Below, in pieces: positions 48,198 through 57,399 of a stretch of 60,283 nt of DNA. Both the position numbers and the translations under genes were made by a program. Positions within the stretch are counted from its first letter, which is position 1. Each line of letters begins with the position of its first letter. The notes below the pieces were generated by a model. That model was not told where the DNA came from. It was given only the letters and a program-made list of their open reading frames with translations, and did not search any database. Source of the DNA: a virus (lineage: Duplodnaviria; Caudoviricetes); IMG/VR virus record IMGVR_UViG_3300017788_000995, positions 1-60,283 of that record, one strand, 5' to 3'.

Positions 48198-48872
48198 TTA
48201 CTGTACTGTAATTGGAATCAACTCATTGAAAACTTGTATGTGGGTAGGAGCAAGCGGCGTGTCTGTTAGACTCTGCCACTTGTTTTGGCTTTGTCTGTCT
48301 GCTGATTGAATGAACATCGGAGTTGGTGCAGCGATTACCTTGAACTTCTGCTGTGCTGCGGCAAATCCATTATCCATAGGAATTCTCTTGGAGTACAGAC
48401 ACATATGAGCAATCTCTGCTGCATACTGTCTATACTGTTCACTCACATAAAGAACGGCGTGTGCTGCAAGCATACCAAAGATTCTATACCAACCATTGTT
48501 CAAGTCAACAATTGCTTGCTTTTTATTTCCATGAGAGATTCCCAAATATACTGCATCTGTATCATCGGGTATAGAGATCATGGGGCGAAACGCCGAGGTT
48601 GACAGCGCATCGTCCTCCAGTATCAGAACTGGTGAATTGTTCACAGAGTATAATGCATCTATGTGCGCCTGTCCGCATCCCATATAGTGTTTGCCAAACG
48701 CTCTGAGTCTGACTGAAGACAGGTCTTTTGGTGGTGGAATGATTCTGCCTGGGATTCGCTGATGAGAAACAAATCCCAAACGATCAAATTGCTCGGTCAT
48801 TTGCTTGGCATTTGTAGTGGCACGATCTAGATTGATCCATCTAGTTTGTACATTACGAAGGTCGATTTCCAT
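48198..48872 (-). CDS. GT25-like glycosyltransferase
   Basis: INL.R, GC..AH, LILEDD, YLG, AHA..Y. Confidence 0.75.
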   Translation of the reverse strand: MEIDLRNVQTRWINLDRATTNAKQMTEQFDRLGFVSHQRIPGRIIPPPKDLSSVRLRAFGKHYMGCGQAHIDALYSVNNSPVLILEDDALSTSAFRPMISIPDDTDAVYLGISHGNKKQAIVDLNNGWYRIFGMLAAHAVLYVSEQYRQYAAEIAHMCLYSKRIPMDNGFAAAQQKFKVIAAPTPMFIQSADRQSQNKWQSLTDTPLAPTHIQVFNELIPITVQ

Positions 48873-48901
48873 AATGAATCTCTGATTGTAAGAAAAACTG
48901 A

Positions 48902-49312
48902 TTAGAATTTCTTACCGATATGATACTTGGGAACCAGTTCCCAATCTCCTTTTTCCTTGTGCGGAATAATCTTGATTTGAGCAAGGCCTGCGGTGATATT
49001 TGCTGTCTTTGTGGGATCAACTACTTTGACGAGTCCCCATTCGTCTAACAAAGTCACAATGGTATTTCGTCGAGCGATATCTGCTTCTGTCAGCGTGGAC
49101 GGAAGACCATCAAGCGCAAACATTTCCTTGAAATGTACGATATAGTATTTGCCCCGCTTGTGTAGAATATGACAAGACTGATACAGTTTCTTCTCGGCCT
49201 TCGCGGAAATCCCAATACGGGTCAGGGTTTCCTTTACCTTTAGGAAATCATCTGGCATTGCCAGCGTGATCTCTACTAAGTCGTCACTGGTGATTTTCGG
49301 TTTGTGTTCCAT
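48902..49312 (-). CDS. regA: Translational repressor
   Basis: DDFLKVKETLTRIGI...LYQSCHILHKRG.YYIVHFKE.FALDG. Confidence 0.95.
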   Translation of the reverse strand: MEHKPKITSDDLVEITLAMPDDFLKVKETLTRIGISAKAEKKLYQSCHILHKRGKYYIVHFKEMFALDGLPSTLTEADIARRNTIVTLLDEWGLVKVVDPTKTANITAGLAQIKIIPHKEKGDWELVPKYHIGKKF

Positions 49313-49374
49313 GCATATGCACTCCATGCCAATGAGTATGCCTCATCTTTACAAATATGTAGGAACGGGCTAAC

Positions 49375-49755
49375 TTAGACACCACCCTTGTTTGTTGAAC
49401 GCACAAGGTCTGCAATTTGCTCAGGGGTCAGTACTCGCATGATGTCTTTAGCCTTGGCATCCGAGCAACCATACCGCTCTTTGATAGATGCCAGATTTTG
49501 TGCTTCTTCTGCTTTGAACCACTTGCTGAAACGCTTTCTTGCGCGGACGCTGTGCCGTAGAAAATCAAACTGCATTCGCTTACGCAATCCACCATAGCGG
49601 TTCATCTCATTTGCTTGCAAGATGGTATCGGGGAAGTAAGACAGTCCTCGGTTCACTAAGAACGGAACATATCCCTTCTCGTCATGCTCTTCATCGCATA
49701 GGGGATTCTTGTTCACATTGATGGCATTCAGATAGTCTGTGAGTTTAAGCGTCAT
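49375..49755 (-). CDS. gp62: Clamp loader small subunit
   Basis: YLNAIN..K, Y.PF.VNR.LS...D....NEMN, RKRFSKW. Confidence 0.92.
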   Translation of the reverse strand: MTLKLTDYLNAINVNKNPLCDEEHDEKGYVPFLVNRGLSYFPDTILQANEMNRYGGLRKRMQFDFLRHSVRARKRFSKWFKAEEAQNLASIKERYGCSDAKAKDIMRVLTPEQIADLVRSTNKGGV

Positions 49756-50020
49756 CTCGTACCACCAAAGCAATATGATCCTGATGAACCAAGTCTAAAT
49801 CACCGTAGTGATTGCCACGATTAGTCGCTAGTTCCCAATACACCGTATCTCCAACGCGAACATCTTCAGTCACATCATTTCCAACAGCAACAACCTCGGC
49901 AAGCACATAATACCCCTTTGTTTTGTTGTCATTATAGATGATTCCGCTCTCGGTCTTTTTCTCTTTACCAAGATCGGTGCGTACAGCAATCCACTTACCA
50001 ACAGGTCTAAATGTCATCAC
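49745..50020 (-). CDS. groES: GroES/Cpn10-like co-chaperonin
   Basis: RP....I.V, KTESGII mobile loop, EVVAVG..V....VGD.V, ..I.A.V. Confidence 0.8.
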   Translation of the reverse strand: MMTFRPVGKWIAVRTDLGKEKKTESGIIYNDNKTKGYYVLAEVVAVGNDVTEDVRVGDTVYWELATNRGNHYGDLDLVHQDHIALVVRDDA

Positions 50021-50964
50021 TTGAACTCACACTCCATCATAATCTCAGTCAGGCAAGCAGTCATGTTGATCTCTGTATCGGCAACAAATGCTGCCTTGTA
50101 CTGATACTCAGCAAGAATCAGAACCAGTTTCGGAATGCTAGACGAAGCAAAGCAATCGTACATGGACTCGTAAATCTTACGAAACAGAGATGCTGAATCG
50201 GCATCTGAATTCTCAACCACCCACTTGCGAACAGAAGTGAAGTCTTTCCCCTTCAAGGCAGAAATGAGTTCCTTGATCTTGATTTCACCAAGTTGTGTAA
50301 GGATGCCCACATCAATCTTGCCTGAAACCGAGTACCTCTGCAACTCATTTAAGATGCGGCGAAAGTCGGGAAAGTGTTTCATTATGAGTTCGACAAGCAC
50401 CTTGTCATCATATGCAACACCTTCGATGTCCAAGATGCCCTTGACTCGCTGTAGCATTTGCTTGGCAAGAGCGGGGCGTTCTTTGGTTGGAATTTGGAAG
50501 TTGATGCAAGTACACCGTGAGTGCAACGGTTCGATGATTCTGTTCTTGAAGTTACAAGTCAGGATGAACCGACAGTTTGCGCTGAACTCTTCCATGAATC
50601 CGCGCAAAGCAGGCTGTGTGCTTTGGGCGTTCGAGTAATCAAACTCGTCAAGAATCACTACCTTTTTGTTGCCTGACATGGATACTGTACTCGCAAAGTT
50701 TCGGATGCGAGTACGGAGGGTATCAATGTTGCCGTCTTCTGAACAGTTAACGATAATGCAGTCGCTATCCAGTTCATTGCACAGAGCGCGGGCAACCGTA
50801 GTCTTTCCGCAGCCTGCTCCACCCGATAGCAGTAGATTCTGTACCTCGCCCGACTCTACCATGTCGGTGAAAGTCGTCTTCATTGCGGACGGAAAAATAC
50901 AATCCGCGATCACCTTTGGGCGGTACTTCTCCACCCAAAGGTATTCGGTTGTAGTAGCAGTCAT
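50017..50964 (-). CDS. gp44: Clamp loader large subunit (AAA+)
   Basis: LWVEKYRP, G.AGCGKTT, ILDEFD, PLHSRC, FPDFRR. Confidence 0.95.
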   Translation of the reverse strand: MTATTTEYLWVEKYRPKVIADCIFPSAMKTTFTDMVESGEVQNLLLSGGAGCGKTTVARALCNELDSDCIIVNCSEDGNIDTLRTRIRNFASTVSMSGNKKVVILDEFDYSNAQSTQPALRGFMEEFSANCRFILTCNFKNRIIEPLHSRCTCINFQIPTKERPALAKQMLQRVKGILDIEGVAYDDKVLVELIMKHFPDFRRILNELQRYSVSGKIDVGILTQLGEIKIKELISALKGKDFTSVRKWVVENSDADSASLFRKIYESMYDCFASSSIPKLVLILAEYQYKAAFVADTEINMTACLTEIMMECEFK

Positions 50965-50966
50965 GT

Positions 50967-51680
50967 TTACTCCTTAGAGGCAGTACTTGAAGTTGCCTCA
51001 AGCGCAACGAAGTAAGTCAAATCCTTGCTGCAATGCGAGAACTTGGCGACAATGCTCTTGCTGATATGCACATCGTAATCACCAGACATGAGTTTCAGAT
51101 TCTCCACCTTCATGTGGATATCGAACTTGGTCTTCGCCTTGTTCTCTCCAACCGCAATAGAGTAGGTGTTTGAACCCTTGTCGGCCTTGTCAAACACCAC
51201 AACCTCAATCTTGTCTTTCGTTCCACGCACAGAGATATCACTAACCTGTAGCACAGAACTGGCGCGCATGATTTCAGCAACATTGTCTGCGGTCAACTTG
51301 AACGACACAAGAATGTCGGGCATAGTGATGCTCTTCTTGGGAGCAGTCAGCAGACTTGGTTCGCAGTAGTAGTAGTTGACACTCGGTGCGTTCTTACGAG
51401 TCGCATCGGAGATCACTACAGACTTCTCTCCGAAAGTCAGTAATGGTTCCTTGAACAGCGAGATCACGCCAAGGAACTTGTTCAAGTCCCAAATACCAAA
51501 CTCAATATCAAAGGTTTCATCCACAGTTGCCTCAGCCATGACATTCTTCACAGGAGTCACAGTGGCAATAGTATTGCCTGGACGGATGAGAATGTTTGAG
51601 TTTAGAGAGGCGAAGTTCTTGAGAAGTGCGAGAGTTTCTTGAGAGAGTTTCATACCAGTTTCAGTTTCAGTAGCAGTCAT
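50967..51680 (-). CDS. gp45: Sliding clamp
   Basis: MKLS.ET..LLKNFA.LN, FGIWDLN.FL, ENLK...GDY.V, Y..ALE. Confidence 0.95.
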   Translation of the reverse strand: MTATETETGMKLSQETLALLKNFASLNSNILIRPGNTIATVTPVKNVMAEATVDETFDIEFGIWDLNKFLGVISLFKEPLLTFGEKSVVISDATRKNAPSVNYYYCEPSLLTAPKKSITMPDILVSFKLTADNVAEIMRASSVLQVSDISVRGTKDKIEVVVFDKADKGSNTYSIAVGENKAKTKFDIHMKVENLKLMSGDYDVHISKSIVAKFSHCSKDLTYFVALEATSSTASKE

Positions 51681-51717
51681 TGTGTCTCCATTCTATAGGG
51701 GTCTGTAAATTATACTT

Positions 51718-51885
51718 TCACTTTGGTTTATTGCAACCACAACCACGCTGTTTTGTAACATTTGATGGTGGTGCTGGCTGAGATTGCCTTGCGGCAATAT
51801 CATTCGGTTGTACTGGCTGTTGTCGCTGTACATTTTTATTTGTGGTTGCTCTTCCAATTCGAGAAGGTCTGTTAATTCGCCTCAT
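51718..51885 (-). CDS. Small basic protein (55 aa) ending in GCGCNKPK
   Basis: Manual translation; fills the gap between the 51872 ORF and gp45. Confidence 0.5.
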   Translation of the reverse strand: MRRINRPSRIGRATTNKNVQRQQPVQPNDIAARQSQPAPPSNVTKQRGCGCNKPK

Positions 51886-52417
51886 CTGTTGTCTTGATCG
51901 TCAGGTCTACTTTCCTTTCGATCTGCTCCTTTCGAGTGAAATCGTACTTCATTCTACGCTCAACCGTTTCATCAGCAGACTTGGTATAGTTGCTGAATCC
52001 AGGCATCTGTAGCGGACAAACAACTTTTGGGAAATCTAGTTTAGAGTAGTCTTCAGGAGACTTTGCATTTAGCCATGTGGCTTGTCTATCCCCGCATCCA
52101 CATTCACCACAGTAGAACCTTCCCTCTTCAGCATTGCTGTTTCGTCTAAATGGACATGGAGCAATGTCTAGAGTTTCGTCGCCATGGCAAGATATAGAGC
52201 GAATCCGTTTGGTTTCTGCATCACATCGTTTGTCTTGGGTGATCCCACGAGAAGCATATGCTTCTACAACACTCTTCATTTTGTTCAGCATTGAAGGTGG
52301 ATGCTGAGGTCCTGCAGGTGTAGGTGCTGGACCTGGAGGCGGGGAAGTTCGGCGAGCGCCGCCCTTGCTCCATCCACCAGTAGCAACGATCTTCTTACCG
52401 TTGTTTGGTGCGCTCAT
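51872..52417 (-). CDS. Cys-rich hypothetical protein (possible metal binding)
   Basis: R..SC, CP, YCGECGC, CPL. Start moved to MSAPNN. Confidence 0.6.
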   Translation of the reverse strand: MSAPNNGKKIVATGGWSKGGARRTSPPPGPAPTPAGPQHPPSMLNKMKSVVEAYASRGITQDKRCDAETKRIRSISCHGDETLDIAPCPFRRNSNAEEGRFYCGECGCGDRQATWLNAKSPEDYSKLDFPKVVCPLQMPGFSNYTKSADETVERRMKYDFTRKEQIERKVDLTIKTTDEAN

Positions 52418-52610
52418 TTTGATAATCCTCAAACGAATCGTCTTCGTAACGCTGAATGTCAGAAGATGCTTCACGCATTTTTTGCTTCTGAGAATGACGG
52501 TCGCCGCGCTTTTGCTTTTTCTTTATGCCGCGATCTCTGTGAAAGCGTTCAAAAGAACCAGTATCATCCCAATTATTCCACTCTCTGCTCATATCAGAAC
52601 TCCGAGACAA
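52395..52610 (-). CDS. Small highly charged hypothetical protein
   Basis: Overlaps both neighbours in the operon. Confidence 0.55.
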   Translation of the reverse strand: MSRSSDMSREWNNWDDTGSFERFHRDRGIKKKQKRGDRHSQKQKMREASSDIQRYEDDSFEDYQNERTKQR

Positions 52611-53463
52611 CCTCGACTAGATTTCTCATCTTATGTTCCATCAAGTACGAAAGGATATTACCTTTACGGGCCGGAGTGGAGTCTGCATACCTTTGCAGAA
52701 TGGATTGCTCCAACTCCACAGGTATATATCTGAAATCAACCATGCATCGGTTACGATCCCAGTTTCTTTTCACTTTGTCTGGCATAGTTGCTATAACATC
52801 AAACCGATTACCCACGACAAGAATCTGTTCTTGAATAGCAGCAGACTTCTTGCCAGTGAGAGGAGTCTGTCGCTTACCGTCAGTAACGAAACAATCGTCA
52901 TCGGACAGGATGTTAGGGATGCCGTCACCTGAGTCACCACTCAAGATATGATTCACCAAGAACTCGGTTGGATTCTTACATACCACAAATCCTTTCGTCA
53001 CAGGACTCCATTGCCGAACATTCGGGTAAATCTGCAACTGCTGAAAGTCTTTGTCGCTAGACACAATGATAACCTGTTCGTTAGCAGAGGTGTGCTTGGT
53101 CAGAGTGGCGATCACATCGTCTGCCTCTGCTCCCTGCACTCGCATATGACGATACGGAAACACATCACGAATCTCTTCGCGGATTCCGTCAATCATTCCA
53201 TAAATCGCCTTCCAATCGACATCAGATGACGCCTTTGCCTTGGCTCTGTTCTGCTTGTACTGCGGAAACACAGAGTTACGCCAACACCTACCACCTTCGT
53301 GGCAGAGAACAATCTCGCCAGCGTCACGAAACTTCTGTCGATATGTGCGATAAATGTTCAGTACCGTATGGCGTAACAGGTCTTCTGAAAACTGGGCAGC
53401 ATCGCCTTTGGTAAGGGCGAATAGACTTCCCAACAGTACTTGGTTGTTGTCAATCAGAATCAT
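52594..53463 (-). CDS. rnh: T4-type RNase H / 5'-3' exonuclease
   Basis: MILID, WR...FP.YK..R, EADDVIA, SSDKDF.QL, GD.GDGIPN. Confidence 0.93.
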   Translation of the reverse strand: MILIDNNQVLLGSLFALTKGDAAQFSEDLLRHTVLNIYRTYRQKFRDAGEIVLCHEGGRCWRNSVFPQYKQNRAKAKASSDVDWKAIYGMIDGIREEIRDVFPYRHMRVQGAEADDVIATLTKHTSANEQVIIVSSDKDFQQLQIYPNVRQWSPVTKGFVVCKNPTEFLVNHILSGDSGDGIPNILSDDDCFVTDGKRQTPLTGKKSAAIQEQILVVGNRFDVIATMPDKVKRNWDRNRCMVDFRYIPVELEQSILQRYADSTPARKGNILSYLMEHKMRNLVEVVSEF

Positions 53464-54569
53464 TAGTAGGCTCCAATGAGAATACAGTTCTCATTGATTC
53501 TCCCGCTTATCTTTGTGGGTTTAGTCTTGATGGAGTTCATCGTGTTCTGCACAGCACGGACACCAGTAAGTTTACTCAGCATATCTTTTGGCTTGCGGAG
53601 TTTCTTGGATACAGACTTGTTTTCATCGTAGTTAATAATGGTGGTTCCCTTTACACTTAAGCCACGAGGATCTTTTGCAAACAGTACAGTTAGTGTACGG
53701 TACTTTTCGTTAAACACAACCACCATTTCACTACCAATGATCTTTTCTGGCGAGATACTTTTAATGTTGTATTCCTTAGACTCAACCAAGTACTTTACCT
53801 TTTTGGTGATTTGATTTGGACTCTTCTGCTTCTTCTTGCGAGGCTTACGATCTGATCGCTTCTCGTCAGCAAATGTGCGGAAAGCATTAGCCGTTTCTGA
53901 AAGTATTTGTATGAGTTTTTTGAGTCGAGGCCTGGTCAAGAAAGAATATCCCTCAACCAGTTGTTCATCTTTGCCGGCATATGCTGTTGTCATCTCTTGC
54001 AGATAGGCATTTTCAATGTATGCAGCAATTTTACCGCAATGTAATGCCTTGACTCCATGACTGGTTGCCCACCCCACAGGATCAAAATTCACCTCGCTCT
54101 TGCTCGTACAAGCGTCTACAACCGAATCCACAACCATATCAATATCACCCAAGTACTCACGGTACTTGTGTTCGATGCGCTCCTGAATGGACGGCAGAGC
54201 GGTATCCTGACGCTTGGCGAGGACGACAGAACCAGTTTGCTTCAGATCATCAATCTCCCGTGCAATCTTCTGTTTAGTTTCGTCTGGCAGCGGAGCGCCA
54301 CGAGTTAGCATTCGACACAAATAACCAATGCCAGCATAACTCTTGATGCCATTTTGTGCAATGCACTTGATTGTTTCAGCATCCATCTTGGAATGCTTGC
54401 AGTAGTCTAACACCCACCGCTTTTTGTCTCGGTTGGTGCCTTTATTCCAATACCAACCAATAGCCCGTTGGAGCGCAGAGTCTTGCTCATCTTTAGTAGC
54501 AAAAGACTCTGCGCTCCAAACTGGCTCAGAACCATAGGCTCGTTCTAGTGTTTTGTTGTAGTCTTTCAT
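53463..54569 (-). CDS. Conserved hypothetical protein of T4-like phages
   Basis: 368 aa. C-terminal SI.P.KIIG.....FN.K.R...VKGTT....D...S..K.LRKP...GRINE pattern. Confidence 0.7.
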   Translation of the reverse strand: MKDYNKTLERAYGSEPVWSAESFATKDEQDSALQRAIGWYWNKGTNRDKKRWVLDYCKHSKMDAETIKCIAQNGIKSYAGIGYLCRMLTRGAPLPDETKQKIAREIDDLKQTGSVVLAKRQDTALPSIQERIEHKYREYLGDIDMVVDSVVDACTSKSEVNFDPVGWATSHGVKALHCGKIAAYIENAYLQEMTTAYAGKDEQLVEGYSFLTRPRLKKLIQILSETANAFRTFADEKRSDRKPRKKKQKSPNQITKKVKYLVESKEYNIKSISPEKIIGSEMVVVFNEKYRTLTVLFAKDPRGLSVKGTTIINYDENKSVSKKLRKPKDMLSKLTGVRAVQNTMNSIKTKPTKISGRINENCILIGAY

Positions 54570-54578
54570 CGCATCGTA

Positions 54579-54606
54579 AGTATACGACGAATCGCATACG
54601 AGTCAA
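54579..54606 (-). promoter_or_regulatory. Sigma70-like promoter TTGACT-N16-TATACT
   Basis: Exact hexamers; ATG 9 nt downstream. Confidence 0.7.
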
Positions 54607-54607
54607 G

Positions 54608-55765
54608 TCACCCTACGAGTTTAGGTTCAAATACCTCATTCTTTGTAGATGGCGCCAAGTTTATAGTCTTGACAAGGCTACGAGAAAGGGCAATAACACC
54701 CGCGTATGGGTCTACATTGGCGCCTGGACGGCGATCTTCAATATACAGCAGATGTGCCGCATCCGTGTTCAGAGGAACAGCAGGCACACACAAAGATGTA
54801 GTACGATCACCAAATCCCCAAGTGAACTTGTTGAAGTCACTGATTCCGCCTGTCTTTCCAACTAGGCGTTGCTCGTTGCCCGCACCATATGCTGCCATAT
54901 GTTCGCGGTGATCTTCTCCAATGGTTTCGCAAATTGCCTTGGCGAGGCCTGCATTTCCGCTAGACTTGGTGTAATTGTCCATATACAGGCGGACGATGCA
55001 TCCGTTACCATTCCATTCTGTGCCAGGAAAACTCTTTGGCTGATAACTGATTACACACCGAGGGTTGTCTCGGTCTTCTGCCGTATCTTCCAATAGATAC
55101 CGCGAGATAATCAGATTATCGCAAGCAGTCAGCACATCTGTTTCTTCAGTAACAAATGACCACTGTGATAGGCAGATTCCTGCATTGTATGAATGCATTG
55201 CAATTCCTCTCCATACACATCGGTCGTAGAAAGAAGAAATCAGTTCTTTGCCTCGTTGAAAGTCGCCAGAACCACCATAGTACCTGCCTTGAGGACCAGG
55301 GAATACGACTTGGGTTTCTCCCTTTTCGTTCTTTCCAGTTGGCCAGCGATACGGTTGACGAGTATCAGGATCAATCAGTAGAACATCCTGCTCGAATCCA
55401 ATCTTTACGGAGGTCAGATCGTTTGTGCTGAGAAACTTGCGAAGGTCGGCACGGGCATTAGATGCATGAGGAGTTCCATCTGCGGTTTGCACTTCGCATA
55501 GTACAACACCACTATCGCGGGTAATACCCTCAAATCCAGTTGAATCCTTAACGGTACGAACTGGAACCAAGAACAGATCAGCGTTATCAGTTGATGCCTG
55601 CTTGCAAGCAGAACCATCGAATCGCTGTGTCTTGGGGGTTTCTCCAACTGAGGTGTAGTTAGCACTACGAATAGTACCATCACCAGCCAACCAAATGTAA
55701 GTCCAATCCATTACAACTGGCTTCGTCTCATCCTTTTTCACTTTCACATACTCACTCTTTGTCAT
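54608..55765 (-). CDS. Glutamine synthetase type II-like protein with a degenerate active site
   Basis: YIW..G, FDGS, LCEV, GFEQ, GPQG.YY, WNG.GC, YG.GN..RL.G, EDRRP..N.DPY. Several metal ligands are replaced. Confidence 0.88.
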   Translation of the reverse strand: MTKSEYVKVKKDETKPVVMDWTYIWLAGDGTIRSANYTSVGETPKTQRFDGSACKQASTDNADLFLVPVRTVKDSTGFEGITRDSGVVLCEVQTADGTPHASNARADLRKFLSTNDLTSVKIGFEQDVLLIDPDTRQPYRWPTGKNEKGETQVVFPGPQGRYYGGSGDFQRGKELISSFYDRCVWRGIAMHSYNAGICLSQWSFVTEETDVLTACDNLIISRYLLEDTAEDRDNPRCVISYQPKSFPGTEWNGNGCIVRLYMDNYTKSSGNAGLAKAICETIGEDHREHMAAYGAGNEQRLVGKTGGISDFNKFTWGFGDRTTSLCVPAVPLNTDAAHLLYIEDRRPGANVDPYAGVIALSRSLVKTINLAPSTKNEVFEPKLVG

Positions 55766-57399
55766 TATGATTTCTCCTTTGGTTTGTAAAACACATAAAC
55801 GGGTTCATACTTCATGTAGTCACCATCAATCTTGCAATAGTTTTTGCACATGGGCAATCCTGTTTTTTCGTCAAGACGATTCTGCCCAGGCATAGATTCC
55901 ATCGCCATCTTCACCTTGTATTTATACACGAGTCCAAACTCTTCAAGGAATCTTTGTGAATCTTTTTCAAGCGGAAGATAATCCCCACCAATCTGAATGT
56001 CTGCAATGTTCCATAGCAAGTAACGATCAGGCTTCAAGAACTCTGCACAAGTCTTCAGCGTTGGACGCAAAAATCCATCACGCCAACTCTCATATGATGA
56101 GCCGTACTTCTTATAGGATTGGTTCTCATCCTTTGAATAGGCTTCACGGTTGAAGTAAGGAGGACTTGTGAAGATCATGTCGATCTTACCTTTGTACTTC
56201 TTGAAACGAGGATCGTTGCCAATCTCTTCTGAACCTAGTCTATAAATTTCGTAGGTATTGGTTTCGCTGAAGAATGGATTGCCTCTGTATGTCTTGGTAT
56301 TGTAGAAATCTGCAACATCGGCATATCGAGAACGCTCCTCGCCCGTGTCTTCGTCAATGTAATACAGTTCGGGGTTTGGATCAGTTCCAATGTAATGAAT
56401 CTTGCGATCATCGCGCACACTCATGGCGCCAAGAATACGACCTCCCCATCCCGATGAAGGATCGTAGATCACAAGCGGAGTCTTCTGAGACTTGGCGTGT
56501 TCCGTAAACCGCTCATACAGATACTTGGCAGTCATGGGTGGGAAGTTGTGCGCCACTTGAATGTATCCGATACGGAATGCAGCAAATCCCTTCGGGAATA
56601 CGCGCTCACCTTTCTTGTAAATACGAATGGTGTACACGCGATCATCTGGCATGGCACTCACATCGAAAGTAGAGAAGTGTCGATACTGCAATACTCCCTC
56701 GTCCTTGAGTTGCTGCACCTGTTCTCGCGTGAGATTCAGAATGTCAGACTGATTCAGTTGGAAGTATCCTGTATTGTTGCCTTCACGAATCTTCACCTGT
56801 TCAAGCATGAAGTCGTAACCCTTGAAGATTTCCTTGTTGGTTTGGAATGCTTTGATCCAAGACGAGGCATCAGGCACAGACACAAGAGCAGGTTTAGGAT
56901 TGTTACGCAAGCACGACAGGGCGTGCATATACAGCGAGTCTCTGCGGAAGTGACGCATTGATCCCTTGACCATACGATCAAGAAACCGATCTTCTGCAAA
57001 CAGTTCGTAGATGGAATAGCCATCGTCCCGTTCGCTGTAGTTGATGCGAGTCTTCATCATGGTTGGAAACCATTGATCCACTTCAGAACCAAGCCTTGCC
57101 TTGTTCAGAATCACATCGTTGCCGATGTCTTCCAGTTCATCGTCAAACTCAAACGACTTCACAGGATACTCAGCCATCTTGTTCCACTCTTCAATGATGC
57201 CTTCTTCGATCTTTCCGATGCGCGGAGGACATCCCTTGTTGTCCCAAATATCGACAACTGCCTTACGCATATTGACAACCCACTCGCAGAACTTGTCTGC
57301 GTTCATCTCTAGCAATTCTTCAAAGGTGACATTTACTGGGTGAGTGAGGAGATGGGTGTTCTTCTCAAAAAAGGTTTTGTGTGCTTGTAGAGTTTCCAT
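55765..57399 (-). CDS. Large SAM-dependent DNA amino-methyltransferase-like protein
   Basis: YDPSSGWGGR (motif I), YIGTDPN, FTSPPYF (motif IV); N-terminal extension of about 280 aa. Confidence 0.8.
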   Translation of the reverse strand: METLQAHKTFFEKNTHLLTHPVNVTFEELLEMNADKFCEWVVNMRKAVVDIWDNKGCPPRIGKIEEGIIEEWNKMAEYPVKSFEFDDELEDIGNDVILNKARLGSEVDQWFPTMMKTRINYSERDDGYSIYELFAEDRFLDRMVKGSMRHFRRDSLYMHALSCLRNNPKPALVSVPDASSWIKAFQTNKEIFKGYDFMLEQVKIREGNNTGYFQLNQSDILNLTREQVQQLKDEGVLQYRHFSTFDVSAMPDDRVYTIRIYKKGERVFPKGFAAFRIGYIQVAHNFPPMTAKYLYERFTEHAKSQKTPLVIYDPSSGWGGRILGAMSVRDDRKIHYIGTDPNPELYYIDEDTGEERSRYADVADFYNTKTYRGNPFFSETNTYEIYRLGSEEIGNDPRFKKYKGKIDMIFTSPPYFNREAYSKDENQSYKKYGSSYESWRDGFLRPTLKTCAEFLKPDRYLLWNIADIQIGGDYLPLEKDSQRFLEEFGLVYKYKVKMAMESMPGQNRLDEKTGLPMCKNYCKIDGDYMKYEPVYVFYKPKEKS

